From NCBI GenBank assembly GCA_964384925.1, contig CAYLNP010000004.1:1-41530 (forward strand): a stretch of DNA of 41,530 nt. Direction: 5' to 3'. Shown in pieces: positions 1 to 8,389 of the stretch. Every line of letters starts with the position of its first letter. The first letter of the stretch is position 1. The notes under the pieces were generated by a model. The model made no database searches. It worked only from the letters and a program-made list of their open reading frames with translations, and was not told the DNA's origin. The translations under genes and the position numbers were made by a program. Source of the DNA: an uncultured Woeseiaceae bacterium (GTDB lineage: Bacteria > Pseudomonadota > Gammaproteobacteria > Steroidobacterales > PWYM01).

Positions 1-208
1 GCGCGTTGGTGATCACCGAAACAGACGACAGGCTCATCGCCGCCGCCGCGATCATGGGTGAGGGCAGCAGATCGGTGACCGGGGCAGCGGCCAGCGCGGC
101 GGCGTCGTTTACGCCGTCGCCTGCCATGGCGATCTTGTGGCCATCGACTGCGATGAACATCGCCGTCTTGCCCTCGGCGCGCAGAATGTCAGCCTTCGCT
201 TCGGCCGA
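1..208 (-). pseudogene. Internally deleted C-terminal remnant of a P1B-type (CopA/SilP-like) heavy-metal ATPase; runs off the left edge
   Basis: Manual minus-strand translation (not in the ORF track): SAEAKADILRAEGKTAMFIAVDG|HKIAMAGDGVNDAAALAAA|PVTDLLPSPMIAAAAMSLSSVSVITNA. It contains the GDGVND hinge and the last-TM MSLSS motif, but the segments that normally lie between these blocks are missing. Confidence 0.8.
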
Positions 209-445
209 GCTTGCGTGCTGGTCATGTCGGTCTCGCTTCGATTGAAAAACGAAAAATCGCCCTCAACCGGCCCATACCTGGGACACGGTCGTGTACGCTT
301 TCCATCAGAACCTTCCGGGATATTCACCAAGAAGGCTACGTGGGGGCTCCATCTGCAAAGCGACATTCGCGCCCGTTTCGGGTGATGCAGAAGAGGGCCG
401 ATACGAGTCGACGATCAGGACACGACATCAGAGGAAATAATTTTT

Positions 446-1240
446 TTGTCTGCACTTGCACGAAACAACGTTCGGACGCATGGCGACGCCGGGCCCCTGA
501 TGCTCTTCGCGCACGGTTTCGGGTGCGACCAGAACATGTGGCACCTTGTGGCGTCACAGTTCGTCGATCGACATCAGGTGGCGCTGTTCGATCACGTGGG
601 GGCGGGCAGGTCCGACCTGAGCGCCTGGTCACCGGAGAAATACTCAAGCCTCCAGGGCTATGCCGATGACGTCGTCGAGATCCTGCACGAGCTTGCATCG
701 GGCAAGGCAATCTTCGTCGGCCACTCCGTCAGTTCAATGATCGGCGTGCTCGCAGTGCGGGCGGCGCCTGAATTGTTCAGCCATCTCGTGATGGTCTGCC
801 CTTCGCCAAGGTATATCGACGATGGCGACTACGTCGGCGGGTTCTCCGCAGGCCAGATCGAGGAGCTGCTGGAGTTTCTGGACAGCAATCACCTGGGATG
901 GTCCGCAGCCATGGGGCCGGTCATCATGGGCAACCCGGGCCAGCCGGAACTGGGCGAGGCGTTGACCAACAGCTTCTGCAGGACCGATCCGGAGATCGCC
1001 CGGCATTTCGCCCGCACCACGTTCACAAGTGACAACCGCGCCGACCTGAAGCACGTCACGATCCCGACGCTGATCCTGCAGTGCCGCGAGGATGTGATCG
1101 CGCCCCGGGCGGTCGGCGAGTATGTGCATCAAGCAATGCCGGCCAGCAGACTTGTCACGCTGGACGCGACCGGCCACTGCCCGAATCTGAGTGCCCCCGA
1201 GCAGACGACGGCGGCGATCCGCGACTTCCTGGCGGACTGA
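446..1240 (+). CDS. rsbQ: RsbQ-like alpha/beta hydrolase (KAI2/D14-related family)
   Basis: HGFGCDQNMW, nucleophile elbow GHSVS, SPRYIDD, and C-terminal GHCPNLSAP. TTG start with AGAGGA upstream. Confidence 0.88.
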   Translation: MSALARNNVRTHGDAGPLMLFAHGFGCDQNMWHLVASQFVDRHQVALFDHVGAGRSDLSAWSPEKYSSLQGYADDVVEILHELASGKAIFVGHSVSSMIGVLAVRAAPELFSHLVMVCPSPRYIDDGDYVGGFSAGQIEELLEFLDSNHLGWSAAMGPVIMGNPGQPELGEALTNSFCRTDPEIARHFARTTFTSDNRADLKHVTIPTLILQCREDVIAPRAVGEYVHQAMPASRLVTLDATGHCPNLSAPEQTTAAIRDFLAD

Positions 1241-1241
1241 A

Positions 1242-2741
1242 GTGGCGCGAATCAGCAATCCGGACGCCTCGTCCTCCACAGCACGCATGGAGGAGCTGGA
1301 GGATCTCTTCGAGCATGCGCCCTGCGGCTACCTTTCGCTTCATCCCGACGGCCGCATCGAGCGGGTCAACGCGACCTTTCTGGCATGGACCGGACATAGC
1401 CACACGGAGCTTGCGGGCAGCCGGTTTCAGGAGCTGCTCACCATCGCCGGCAAGATCTACTACGAGACCCACTTCTCACCGATGTTGCGGATGCAGGGAT
1501 TCTTTGACGAGGTGGCGCTCGATCTGGTCGCTAAAGACGGCAATCCGATCCCTGCGCTCGTCAATGCAGTCGAACGCCGCGACCGCGACGACCAGGTCAA
1601 CTTCATACGGATCACGGTGTTCAACGCCACAGACCGACGGCGTTACGAACTCGAATTGCTGGCGGTGCGCAATGCGCTGGACCGGGCGAATCATGAGTTG
1701 CGCGCCTTCTACGACACGCTTCCGGTCGGCATCTTTCGCGCCGACGCAGCTGGCGGCATCGTCCAGGCAAGCCGGCGCTTCAGCACGCTGCTGGGCGTCG
1801 ATGCGCCTGATGACTGGCGCACTGCCATCGTCGATGACGACCTGCCGGCCACCGAGCAGCAGGTGCAGCGTGCGTTTCGTGCTGGCGAGCCGCTGTCGCA
1901 TCGCTTCCGGGTGGCCGGCGGCGAGGCGGGGTTTCGGCACATCGAGTTGAAGGCCGTGCCGATTCCGGGGTCGGGAACCGATGCGCCGGCGTTCGTGGGG
2001 GTGGTCGAGGACGTGACCGAGCGGGTGCGTATCGACGCCCAGCAACGCCAGATAGACCGACAGTCCGCCGTCAGCCAGCTGACTGGTGGATTGGCGCATA
2101 CGCTCAACAACATCCTGATGATTATCGTGGGCAATCTGGAAACGCTCGAGGATGCGCTTGTGGATCGTCCCGAGCTTCGTGGCACCCTCGAGGGCGGTCT
2201 CGCAGCCACACAGCGTGCCGCGGTACTGGTGAGCCGCCTTCTCGTGTTCGCCGGCCATAGCACCGCACGGCCCGATGCGATCGAAATCGACGCATGCCTG
2301 CGCGCCATGCTCGAGGCCCTGTCCCGGCGGATTGGAACGCGCCATCGCCTGATCGGCGATCTTCGCGCGCCAGGCGCGGTTGTCGAACTTGACGCCGGCC
2401 TTTTTAAAGAGGCCATCCAGGAGTTGGTCGCGAACGCCGCTGCTGCGATGCCCGCAGGCGGCGAAATCCGGCTCTCTACACGGTCGGAGCGACCCCATCC
2501 GTCGATGGGGCAGGAAAAGGTGGTCATCGCCCTGAGTGATCAGGGCATCGGCATGGATGAGGCCACACTGGTCAGGGCGCGCGAGCCGTTTTTCACGATG
2601 CGGGAGGTGGGCAGGGGCATCGGGCTGGGCCTGAGCGTGGTCGACGGTGTCTCGCGTATCGCCGGGGGCGAACTCCGACTCCGCAGCGTGCCTGATGCGG
2701 GCACGACCGCGGAGCTACATCTGCCTTTGGTGAGTGATTAG
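1242..2741 (+). CDS. PAS-PAS sensor histidine kinase with an RsbP-type N-terminal PAS domain; no receiver domain
   Basis: LFEHAPCGYLS...IYYETHFSPMLRMQG (RsbP-like PAS), second PAS (LPVGIFRAD...VEDVTER), H-box GGLAHTLNN, and HATPase boxes DQGIGM, EPFFT, GIGLGL. GTG start 1 nt after the rsbQ stop (alternative ATG at 1287). Confidence 0.85.
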   Translation: MARISNPDASSSTARMEELEDLFEHAPCGYLSLHPDGRIERVNATFLAWTGHSHTELAGSRFQELLTIAGKIYYETHFSPMLRMQGFFDEVALDLVAKDGNPIPALVNAVERRDRDDQVNFIRITVFNATDRRRYELELLAVRNALDRANHELRAFYDTLPVGIFRADAAGGIVQASRRFSTLLGVDAPDDWRTAIVDDDLPATEQQVQRAFRAGEPLSHRFRVAGGEAGFRHIELKAVPIPGSGTDAPAFVGVVEDVTERVRIDAQQRQIDRQSAVSQLTGGLAHTLNNILMIIVGNLETLEDALVDRPELRGTLEGGLAATQRAAVLVSRLLVFAGHSTARPDAIEIDACLRAMLEALSRRIGTRHRLIGDLRAPGAVVELDAGLFKEAIQELVANAAAAMPAGGEIRLSTRSERPHPSMGQEKVVIALSDQGIGMDEATLVRAREPFFTMREVGRGIGLGLSVVDGVSRIAGGELRLRSVPDAGTTAELHLPLVSD

Positions 2742-2750
2742 GCCTCAGGG

Positions 2751-2778
2751 TTCCAAGCGGCGGGATGTTTGGTACGCT
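2751..2778 (+). promoter_or_regulatory. Putative sigma70 promoter for the kinase-phosphatase pair
   Basis: TTCCAA (2751-2756), 16 nt spacer, extended -10 TGgTACGCT (2770-2778), upstream of a GGAGGG RBS. Confidence 0.35.
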
Positions 2779-2814
2779 GCGCATTGCCAGAGTCACGCCG
2801 GGCCGGAGGGTCAC

Positions 2815-3615
2815 TTGAGCAAGTCGAAACTCTTGCGAGCCCGGCAGAAGCTGGGCAAGTATCGAATCGAGCGCTGTCTTGCAGACGGTCCGCGCTGCGC
2901 GGTCTATCAGGCCTACGACTCCATTCACGGCTGCCGTGTCGCACTGAAGATTCCCTATCCCGGCATGATGGATGAATTTTTCCTGGCGGACTTTCGTCGC
3001 GAGGCGCGGCTTGCCACGCGCATGGATCACCCCAACGTGCTGCCCATCCTCAACGCAAGCTTCATCGACGAGCACTTCGTCATCGCGATGCCGCTGGGAC
3101 TGGAATCACTGGGTGAGCGGCTGGCGCGACGTATCTCCACCGAGAAGGCACTCGACTACACGGGGCAGATGCTCGCGGCGCTGTCGCATGCCCACAGCAA
3201 ACGCATCATTCACTGTGATGTGAAGCCGGACAATTTCATCCTGTTTCCGGACAACAGGATCCGGCTGACGGATTTCGGTTTTTCCAAGATCGCGCTGCGT
3301 ACCATCAAGGCTTCCGGATCGGGCACTGTCGGCTATCTCGCGCCCGAGCAGGCCCTGGGTCACCCGATGTTCCAGTCGGATGTGTTCTCGCTGGGTCTGG
3401 TGATCTACCGGATGTTCAGTTCCACCTTGCCGGAGTGGCCCTACGCATGGCCTGCCGCCGGCCATCGAAGGCTCGCAAGCAAGCTGCGTCCGCCGATGAT
3501 TGCGTGGCTGCGGCGTTCGATGGAGCTTCGCCCGCAATCGCGCTTCAGCAACGCGGTGGAAATGGAGCAGGCTTTCCAAAGATTGCGCGGCCGGGCGCGC
3601 GACCCGATTGCATAG
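2815..3615 (+). CDS. Stand-alone Hanks-type Ser/Thr protein kinase (non-RD)
   Basis: VALK, REA, HPNVL, IIHCDVKPDN, DFG, GTVGYLAPEQ, SDVFSLG. Likely TTG start at 2815 behind GGAGGG (the track ORF starts at 2734). Confidence 0.88.
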   Translation: MSKSKLLRARQKLGKYRIERCLADGPRCAVYQAYDSIHGCRVALKIPYPGMMDEFFLADFRREARLATRMDHPNVLPILNASFIDEHFVIAMPLGLESLGERLARRISTEKALDYTGQMLAALSHAHSKRIIHCDVKPDNFILFPDNRIRLTDFGFSKIALRTIKASGSGTVGYLAPEQALGHPMFQSDVFSLGLVIYRMFSSTLPEWPYAWPAAGHRRLASKLRPPMIAWLRRSMELRPQSRFSNAVEMEQAFQRLRGRARDPIA

Positions 3616-3619
3616 GGAC

Positions 3620-4543
3620 ATGCGGCACATGAGTGATGGTTCAATCGCGTTTCTCGATGACTCGCAGGTGTTCGTGGATGATGTCAGCGCCGTGGCGGGG
3701 GATTTCCTTGCACGCTGCGGTCAGCTCAGCGTGTACACGCGACGCGATCCCCACAAGGCGACGCCGGCGGAGGATGCGGTCGGCGTGTTCCGTGTCGGCG
3801 CCCAGTCATGGGTGCTCGCGGTGGCTGATGGCGTCGGCGGGGGTGCTGGCGGCAGGGCCGCGGCGCTGGCGACGATGGCTGCGCTCGGCGAATCGCTGGC
3901 GGCCGCGGGCGACGAGGCGGCCAGACTGCGCAGCGCGATCCTCGATGGCATCGAGCTTGCGAATCGCAGGGTGCTCGATCTGGCCAATGGTGCCGCCACA
4001 ACCGTGGCCGTGGCCGAAATCGGCGCCGGCTATGTGCGCTCCTACCACGTCGGCGATTCGGCGGTCATGCTGGTGGGCCAGCGCGGCCGGCTGAAGCTGC
4101 TCACCGTCGCACACTCGCCGGTTGGGTTCGCGGTCGAGGCCGGTCTGCTCGAAGCCAGTGAGGCCATCCATCACGAACTGCTGCACATCATCTCCAATGT
4201 CATCGGCAGCAGCGACATGCGCATCGAGGTCGGCCCGGAGCTGGCGCTTGCCGAGCGAGACACGCTGCTGCTGGCCAGCGACGGGCTGTTCGACAACCTG
4301 CTTGGCGAGGAGATCGTCGAGCGCATCCGCTGCGGTGCACTGCCGGAAGTGATGGCCGGGCTGCGCAGCGCCGTCGCCGACCGCATGCGTGGCGGAGTAC
4401 CCGGGCGACCCTGCAAGCCTGATGACTGCAGCATCGTCCTGTTCCGGCGCCACTCGGCGCTGACCGCGCGCGCCTGGCAGTCACACGAGCCTGGCACGCA
4501 GGACTGGGTGGACTCCACGCCGCAACTCGAACCTGCGGGCTGA
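3620..4543 (+). CDS. PP2C/PPM-family Ser/Thr protein phosphatase
   Basis: AEDA, VADGVGG, HVGDS, ASDGLFD and DD motifs. ATG at 3620 (or 3629), 4 nt after the kinase stop. Confidence 0.87.
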   Translation: MRHMSDGSIAFLDDSQVFVDDVSAVAGDFLARCGQLSVYTRRDPHKATPAEDAVGVFRVGAQSWVLAVADGVGGGAGGRAAALATMAALGESLAAAGDEAARLRSAILDGIELANRRVLDLANGAATTVAVAEIGAGYVRSYHVGDSAVMLVGQRGRLKLLTVAHSPVGFAVEAGLLEASEAIHHELLHIISNVIGSSDMRIEVGPELALAERDTLLLASDGLFDNLLGEEIVERIRCGALPEVMAGLRSAVADRMRGGVPGRPCKPDDCSIVLFRRHSALTARAWQSHEPGTQDWVDSTPQLEPAG

Positions 4544-4592
4544 CGCCGGCACGGCTCCGTTTCCCGTCACGCAGGCCGCTGCGCGCTGGACT

Positions 4593-4630
4593 TGACCGGA
4601 CCGGTACGGTATTAGTGGACCGGCCGGTCA
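4593..4630. promoter_or_regulatory. Paired palindromic boxes upstream of the GntR gene (candidate operator)
   Basis: Perfect 12-bp palindrome GACCGGCCGGTC at 4618-4629 and a near copy TGACCGGACCGGT at 4593-4605, overlapping a TTGACC hexamer. Confidence 0.35.
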
Positions 4631-4708
4631 GCACCATCTGCTGGCCGGCCCCTCGCGCCGGACGCAGCTTCGGTCTTCCGCCTCACGTATCGACACAAGG
4701 GCCTGCGC

Positions 4709-5476
4709 ATGGCGAACGATGGCGAAAGCGGCAGACGCACACCGCGCTACCGCGAACTTGCGGAGGTGCTGCTCGGGGATATCCGCAGTGGCCGGGTCGG
4801 TATAGGACAGCGTCTGCCTGGCGAGATTGCGCTGACACGGCAGTTCAACGTCAGCCGGCATACCGTTCGTGAGGCCTTGCGCGTCATCGAAGAGCTCGGG
4901 CTTGTCGGCAGGCGGCCCGGTGTGGGTACGGTCGTGCGTCACGCGGACGTGCCGGCCACGCCCAGCCAGCGCGTGTTGTCGCTCACCGAACTGCTGCGCT
5001 ATCCGGGTGAGACACAATTGCGCGTGATCGACGCCATGCAAGTCCAGGTGGACGCCCGGCTGGCGCGCGTCCTGGCGGTGCCGGCCGGCGAAGATCGCTG
5101 GCATATCAGCGCGGTGCGCCGCTGCAGCGATGACGAGGTGCCGATCTGCTGGACAGATGTCTATCTGCTGCCTGCCTATGGCGCCGTCACCGGCATGATC
5201 GGCAAGGACAGCCGCCCCGTGTATCGGCTCGTCGAAGAGCGCTTCGGCGAGCATCCGCAGCAGGTGGAAGTACAGATCAGTGCCAGCGTGCTCTCCGCAG
5301 ACCGGGCGAGCGCGCTGGACGTGTCCGACGGCAGCCCGGCGTTGCGTGTGGTGCGGCGCTACCGCAACGCAGCCGGCCAGCTCTACGAGATCTCGGTCAC
5401 CGAGCATCCTGCCGATCGGATCACCTACACCCTGCGTCTGGATCCCGACAGCGGCGGCGCCGGGATCGGCGACTAG
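4709..5476 (+). CDS. GntR-family (HutC/UTRA) transcriptional regulator
   Basis: wHTH LPGEIALTRQFNVSRHTVREAL...RRPGVGTVV plus a UTRA-type C-terminus (PALRVVRRYRN...YEISVT). Confidence 0.9.
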   Translation: MANDGESGRRTPRYRELAEVLLGDIRSGRVGIGQRLPGEIALTRQFNVSRHTVREALRVIEELGLVGRRPGVGTVVRHADVPATPSQRVLSLTELLRYPGETQLRVIDAMQVQVDARLARVLAVPAGEDRWHISAVRRCSDDEVPICWTDVYLLPAYGAVTGMIGKDSRPVYRLVEERFGEHPQQVEVQISASVLSADRASALDVSDGSPALRVVRRYRNAAGQLYEISVTEHPADRITYTLRLDPDSGGAGIGD

Positions 5477-5512
5477 CGCAAGCGGCGCGCCTTTCGCGTC
5501 GCCCGATCGGTG

Positions 5513-6484
5513 TCACTGGCGACGTTGTCGAGGCGGGGCCGGGCCTGCGGCCTCATCGGGCAGCGGCAGCGACCGCGACCGCGTTCCGGGACGTTCCAGC
5601 CAGGCAATGGTGAGCACGATCAGCCCGGCGCCCATCAGCTGCGCCAGGCTGAGCAGTTCGTCGAGAATCAACCATGCCAGCACGATGGTCGCAGGCGGTC
5701 CGACCGTACTGACCAGTGCCGCGCGCTCCGCGCCGATCCGACGTACGCCCTCGGCAATCATGAACAGTGGCGCGACCGTCGCGATGACCACCATGGCGAT
5801 CAACCACGGCCAGGCCTGCGGGGACACGCTCACCGTGCTCCAGCCCGGCGACAGGGCGTAGTGCGCCGCCAGCCCGCCGGATGCCGCCGTCATCGCCCAG
5901 GTGGTGAAGCTGGTGCTGCTGACGTCCCGGCCAACGCGCTCGTTGATCAGGAAGTACACCGCCAGTGTCGCCGCGCAGATCAGCACCATCAGCGCGCCTT
6001 CGGCGTTCTGTTGCAGCAGGGCAAGGTCCAGGCCGCCGACGACGAGTACGGTACCCACCCAGGTCAGCAGCAGCGCGACGAGGACCCCGGGTTCACCGAC
6101 CCTGCGCGTAGAGACGATGCGCGCCAGCACAACGAGGGCCGGATAGGTGAACAGCAGCACGCGTTCCAGACTGGCGTCGATCAGAGTCAGCGCATAGAAG
6201 TTCGCCATCGCGCCTGCGTAGTAGCACAGAAAGCCCGCGGCCGCCGAGAGCAGCAGCATGCGGGGACTGAGCGTATACAGCAGGGGTGCGGGGCCAAGCC
6301 GCCACAGCGCGAACAGCCAGAACAGCGGCAGGGCGAGCAGCATCCGGATGGTCGTCAAGCTCTGCCAGTCCACGCCATGGGCATAGAGCAGCTTGGCGAA
6401 TATGCCCTTGGATGACAGCAGCAGCGTCCCGGTGACCACCAGCAGCACGCCGCCGGCCGCGGCTGTCCGGACCGAGGGCTTCAT
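5513..6484 (-). CDS. DMT/EamA-family transporter
   Basis: About 10 hydrophobic helices in two repeats; LLFTYPALV and AEGVRRIGAERAALVSTVGP...LDELLS. Confidence 0.88.
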   Translation of the reverse strand: MKPSVRTAAAGGVLLVVTGTLLLSSKGIFAKLLYAHGVDWQSLTTIRMLLALPLFWLFALWRLGPAPLLYTLSPRMLLLSAAAGFLCYYAGAMANFYALTLIDASLERVLLFTYPALVVLARIVSTRRVGEPGVLVALLLTWVGTVLVVGGLDLALLQQNAEGALMVLICAATLAVYFLINERVGRDVSSTSFTTWAMTAASGGLAAHYALSPGWSTVSVSPQAWPWLIAMVVIATVAPLFMIAEGVRRIGAERAALVSTVGPPATIVLAWLILDELLSLAQLMGAGLIVLTIAWLERPGTRSRSLPLPDEAAGPAPPRQRRQ

Positions 6485-6520
6485 GCCTGCGGATGGCCGC
6501 AGGCATGTTCACAGCGCGGC

Positions 6521-7807
6521 TCAGGCGCGCTGGCGGCGAGCCGCCTGCAGGGCCTCGAGGGCGTCTGCGTAGGCGCGCGCAAATTCCTCGCCAAAGAGTT
6601 GCGGAAACTGGCCGGGCGCATGCCGCGTCAGGACTTCGTAGAGTTCAGAATACTGCTCCCAGTTCCGCGCCTTGACCGAACCTGGCAACAACGCCTTGCG
6701 GCGTCCGCCTGACTCGAAACGCTGCTCGAGCTCGGCGGGGTCCAGGCGTTCGATGAAATCGATGAATGCCTGCTGCATGGCAGTCATCGTGGCGCCCTGA
6801 TGTTCCTTGATATCACGAAACGCATCGCGAATGGCAGGCACAGGCGCCATGTACTCGGGACTGCTGTCCGTAATCAGTCGGGACATGGTTTCCTGCATGC
6901 TTGCAGAGAACTTCAGCGGGTTGTTGTTGCGTGGCTGGATCGTGGTGTTTCCCAGTCTGAGTTCATGCTTGTGGCGCGCACGATCGTGCAGCGTCTCGGT
7001 GACGCCTGCGACCGTCTCGCGCAGCAGCTGGCCAAGCGTATGCATCAGTGTTCTGGCATCCACCGGCGGCAGGTTCTGGGCGTCTAGTCCGGCCGCGCGC
7101 ATGAACACGCCCACGAGCTCCGCGGGTGAGTCACCGGTGCCAGGCTTGCGCGCCGCAGCAGTGTTTGCGGCTTTCGCCTGAGCTGCTGCGGGGTTCGCTG
7201 CAGGCTGACGGGTACTGCTTGAGGAGCCACCATCCACCACACTGAGCTTCACCGGCCTGCGCTTCCCAGGGGTCTTGGCGTCGACCGGCTGGGTACTGCC
7301 GGGCTTGAAGGACTCGGGCAGCGAACCTCCGCTGTAGGTCTTCTCCAGGTGCAGATCGTCGAACGCGCCGGTGAGCAGGTGCTCTTCGATGAGTTCGGGA
7401 TCCGTGCCATCGGACAGATCCACTCTCTGCGCCTGATTGACGGGATCGGGCGCGTCTTCGAGCAGGGCGGCGGTCAGATCGCTGTCCTCGGCGATCTGTA
7501 CGACCATGAGATACTCGCCCATGCGCAGCCGATCGCCGGAGAACAGCCGCTGAGTGCGTCCGCGCCCGATGGGTGTATCGGAATCGTTGACGTAGACGCC
7601 ATTGGTCGACAGGTCGATGAGGTGATAGCTGCCCGAACGGAAATCGATCGCGGCGTGTCGACTGGACACGAAGCGGTCGGAATCCGGCAGGATCCAGTCG
7701 CACTCCAGCGAGCGGCCAAGATTGCCGCCATGCCGGTCGAATATACAGCGGGCGCGCTCGCCAAGGGCTGCGCGCTGCCGACTGATGATTTCGAGTGTCA
7801 GGGCCAT
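6521..7807 (-). CDS. tagH: TagH/Fha-type FHA-domain protein (T6SS-associated family)
   Basis: N-terminal FHA (LGRSLECDWILPD, VSSRHA, DLSTNGVYVN), Pro/Ala-rich linker, and TagH C-terminal motifs NNNPLKFS and LFGEEFARAY. Confidence 0.85.
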   Translation of the reverse strand: MALTLEIISRQRAALGERARCIFDRHGGNLGRSLECDWILPDSDRFVSSRHAAIDFRSGSYHLIDLSTNGVYVNDSDTPIGRGRTQRLFSGDRLRMGEYLMVVQIAEDSDLTAALLEDAPDPVNQAQRVDLSDGTDPELIEEHLLTGAFDDLHLEKTYSGGSLPESFKPGSTQPVDAKTPGKRRPVKLSVVDGGSSSSTRQPAANPAAAQAKAANTAAARKPGTGDSPAELVGVFMRAAGLDAQNLPPVDARTLMHTLGQLLRETVAGVTETLHDRARHKHELRLGNTTIQPRNNNPLKFSASMQETMSRLITDSSPEYMAPVPAIRDAFRDIKEHQGATMTAMQQAFIDFIERLDPAELEQRFESGGRRKALLPGSVKARNWEQYSELYEVLTRHAPGQFPQLFGEEFARAYADALEALQAARRQRA

Positions 7808-7835
7808 GCTGCCTCCACCCGTAAGAATGAACTTG

Positions 7836-7897
7836 AGTATAGGGCCTTCAAGTGCTGCGGCAGGCGTCGGCGTGCAAGATCTGTGATGGCGTTCTCA
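7836..7897 (-). promoter_or_regulatory. Putative tagH promoter: -10 TATACT and a CRP/Vfr-like box
   Basis: Minus-strand TATACT at 7841-7836, weak -35, and TGTGA-N6-TCTCA at 7882-7897 (one mismatch from TGTGA-N6-TCACA), centred about 60-61 nt upstream of the inferred start site. Confidence 0.45.
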
Positions 7898-8036
7898 CTG
7901 CATCGCCCGGCTGCGTGCGGCGCCTCTCCCGAGCGCAGTGCGGGGCATCCCGACGACGGTCGGGCAGCGCCTGCCAGGCCGGTGCGCGCGGCGATTATGC
8001 TACCCTTGACGCGTCAGAGACCGGCAAGGGATGTGC

Positions 8037-8378
8037 ATGGCCAGCAGACAGATCTATCGCGTGCTTTTCATGAGCCAGGGCAAGGTCTATGAAGTCTATG
8101 CCCGCAGCGTCGGCCAGGGTGGCCTGTTCGGCTTCATCGAGATTGAGGAGCTGGTATTCGGTGCGCGCTCCAGCGTTGTCGTCGACCCTACCGAGGAGCG
8201 CATCAAGGCGGAGTTCGAGGGCGTCAAGCGGACGTTTCTGCCGATGCACTCGATCCTGCGCATCGACGAAGTCGACAAGCAGGGCATCAGCAAGATCTCC
8301 AAGTTCGAAGGCGGCAACGTGACCCAGTTTCCGGTACCCGTCTACACACCGGGCGGTGGCCCCGGCGCCGGCAGCTGA
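8037..8378 (+). CDS. DUF1820-family protein
   Basis: IYRVLFMSQGKVYEVYARSV...FGFIEIEELVF...VVDPTEERIKAEFEGVKRTFLPMHSILRIDEV matches my recollection of this gammaproteobacterial family. Confidence 0.75.
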   Translation: MASRQIYRVLFMSQGKVYEVYARSVGQGGLFGFIEIEELVFGARSSVVVDPTEERIKAEFEGVKRTFLPMHSILRIDEVDKQGISKISKFEGGNVTQFPVPVYTPGGGPGAGS

Positions 8379-8389
8379 CCGGCCCCGCG

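Noticed and set aside
446-4543. A single four-gene Rsb-like operon (rsbQ, HK, kinase, PP2C)
   Set aside because: A 73-nt gap with a separate promoter-like sequence precedes the kinase, and the phosphatase looks like the PrpC/Stp type rather than SpoIIE/RsbU; treated as two modules.
6521-7807. A type VI secretion locus
   Set aside because: Only the FHA gene is present; no structural or effector genes in the window.
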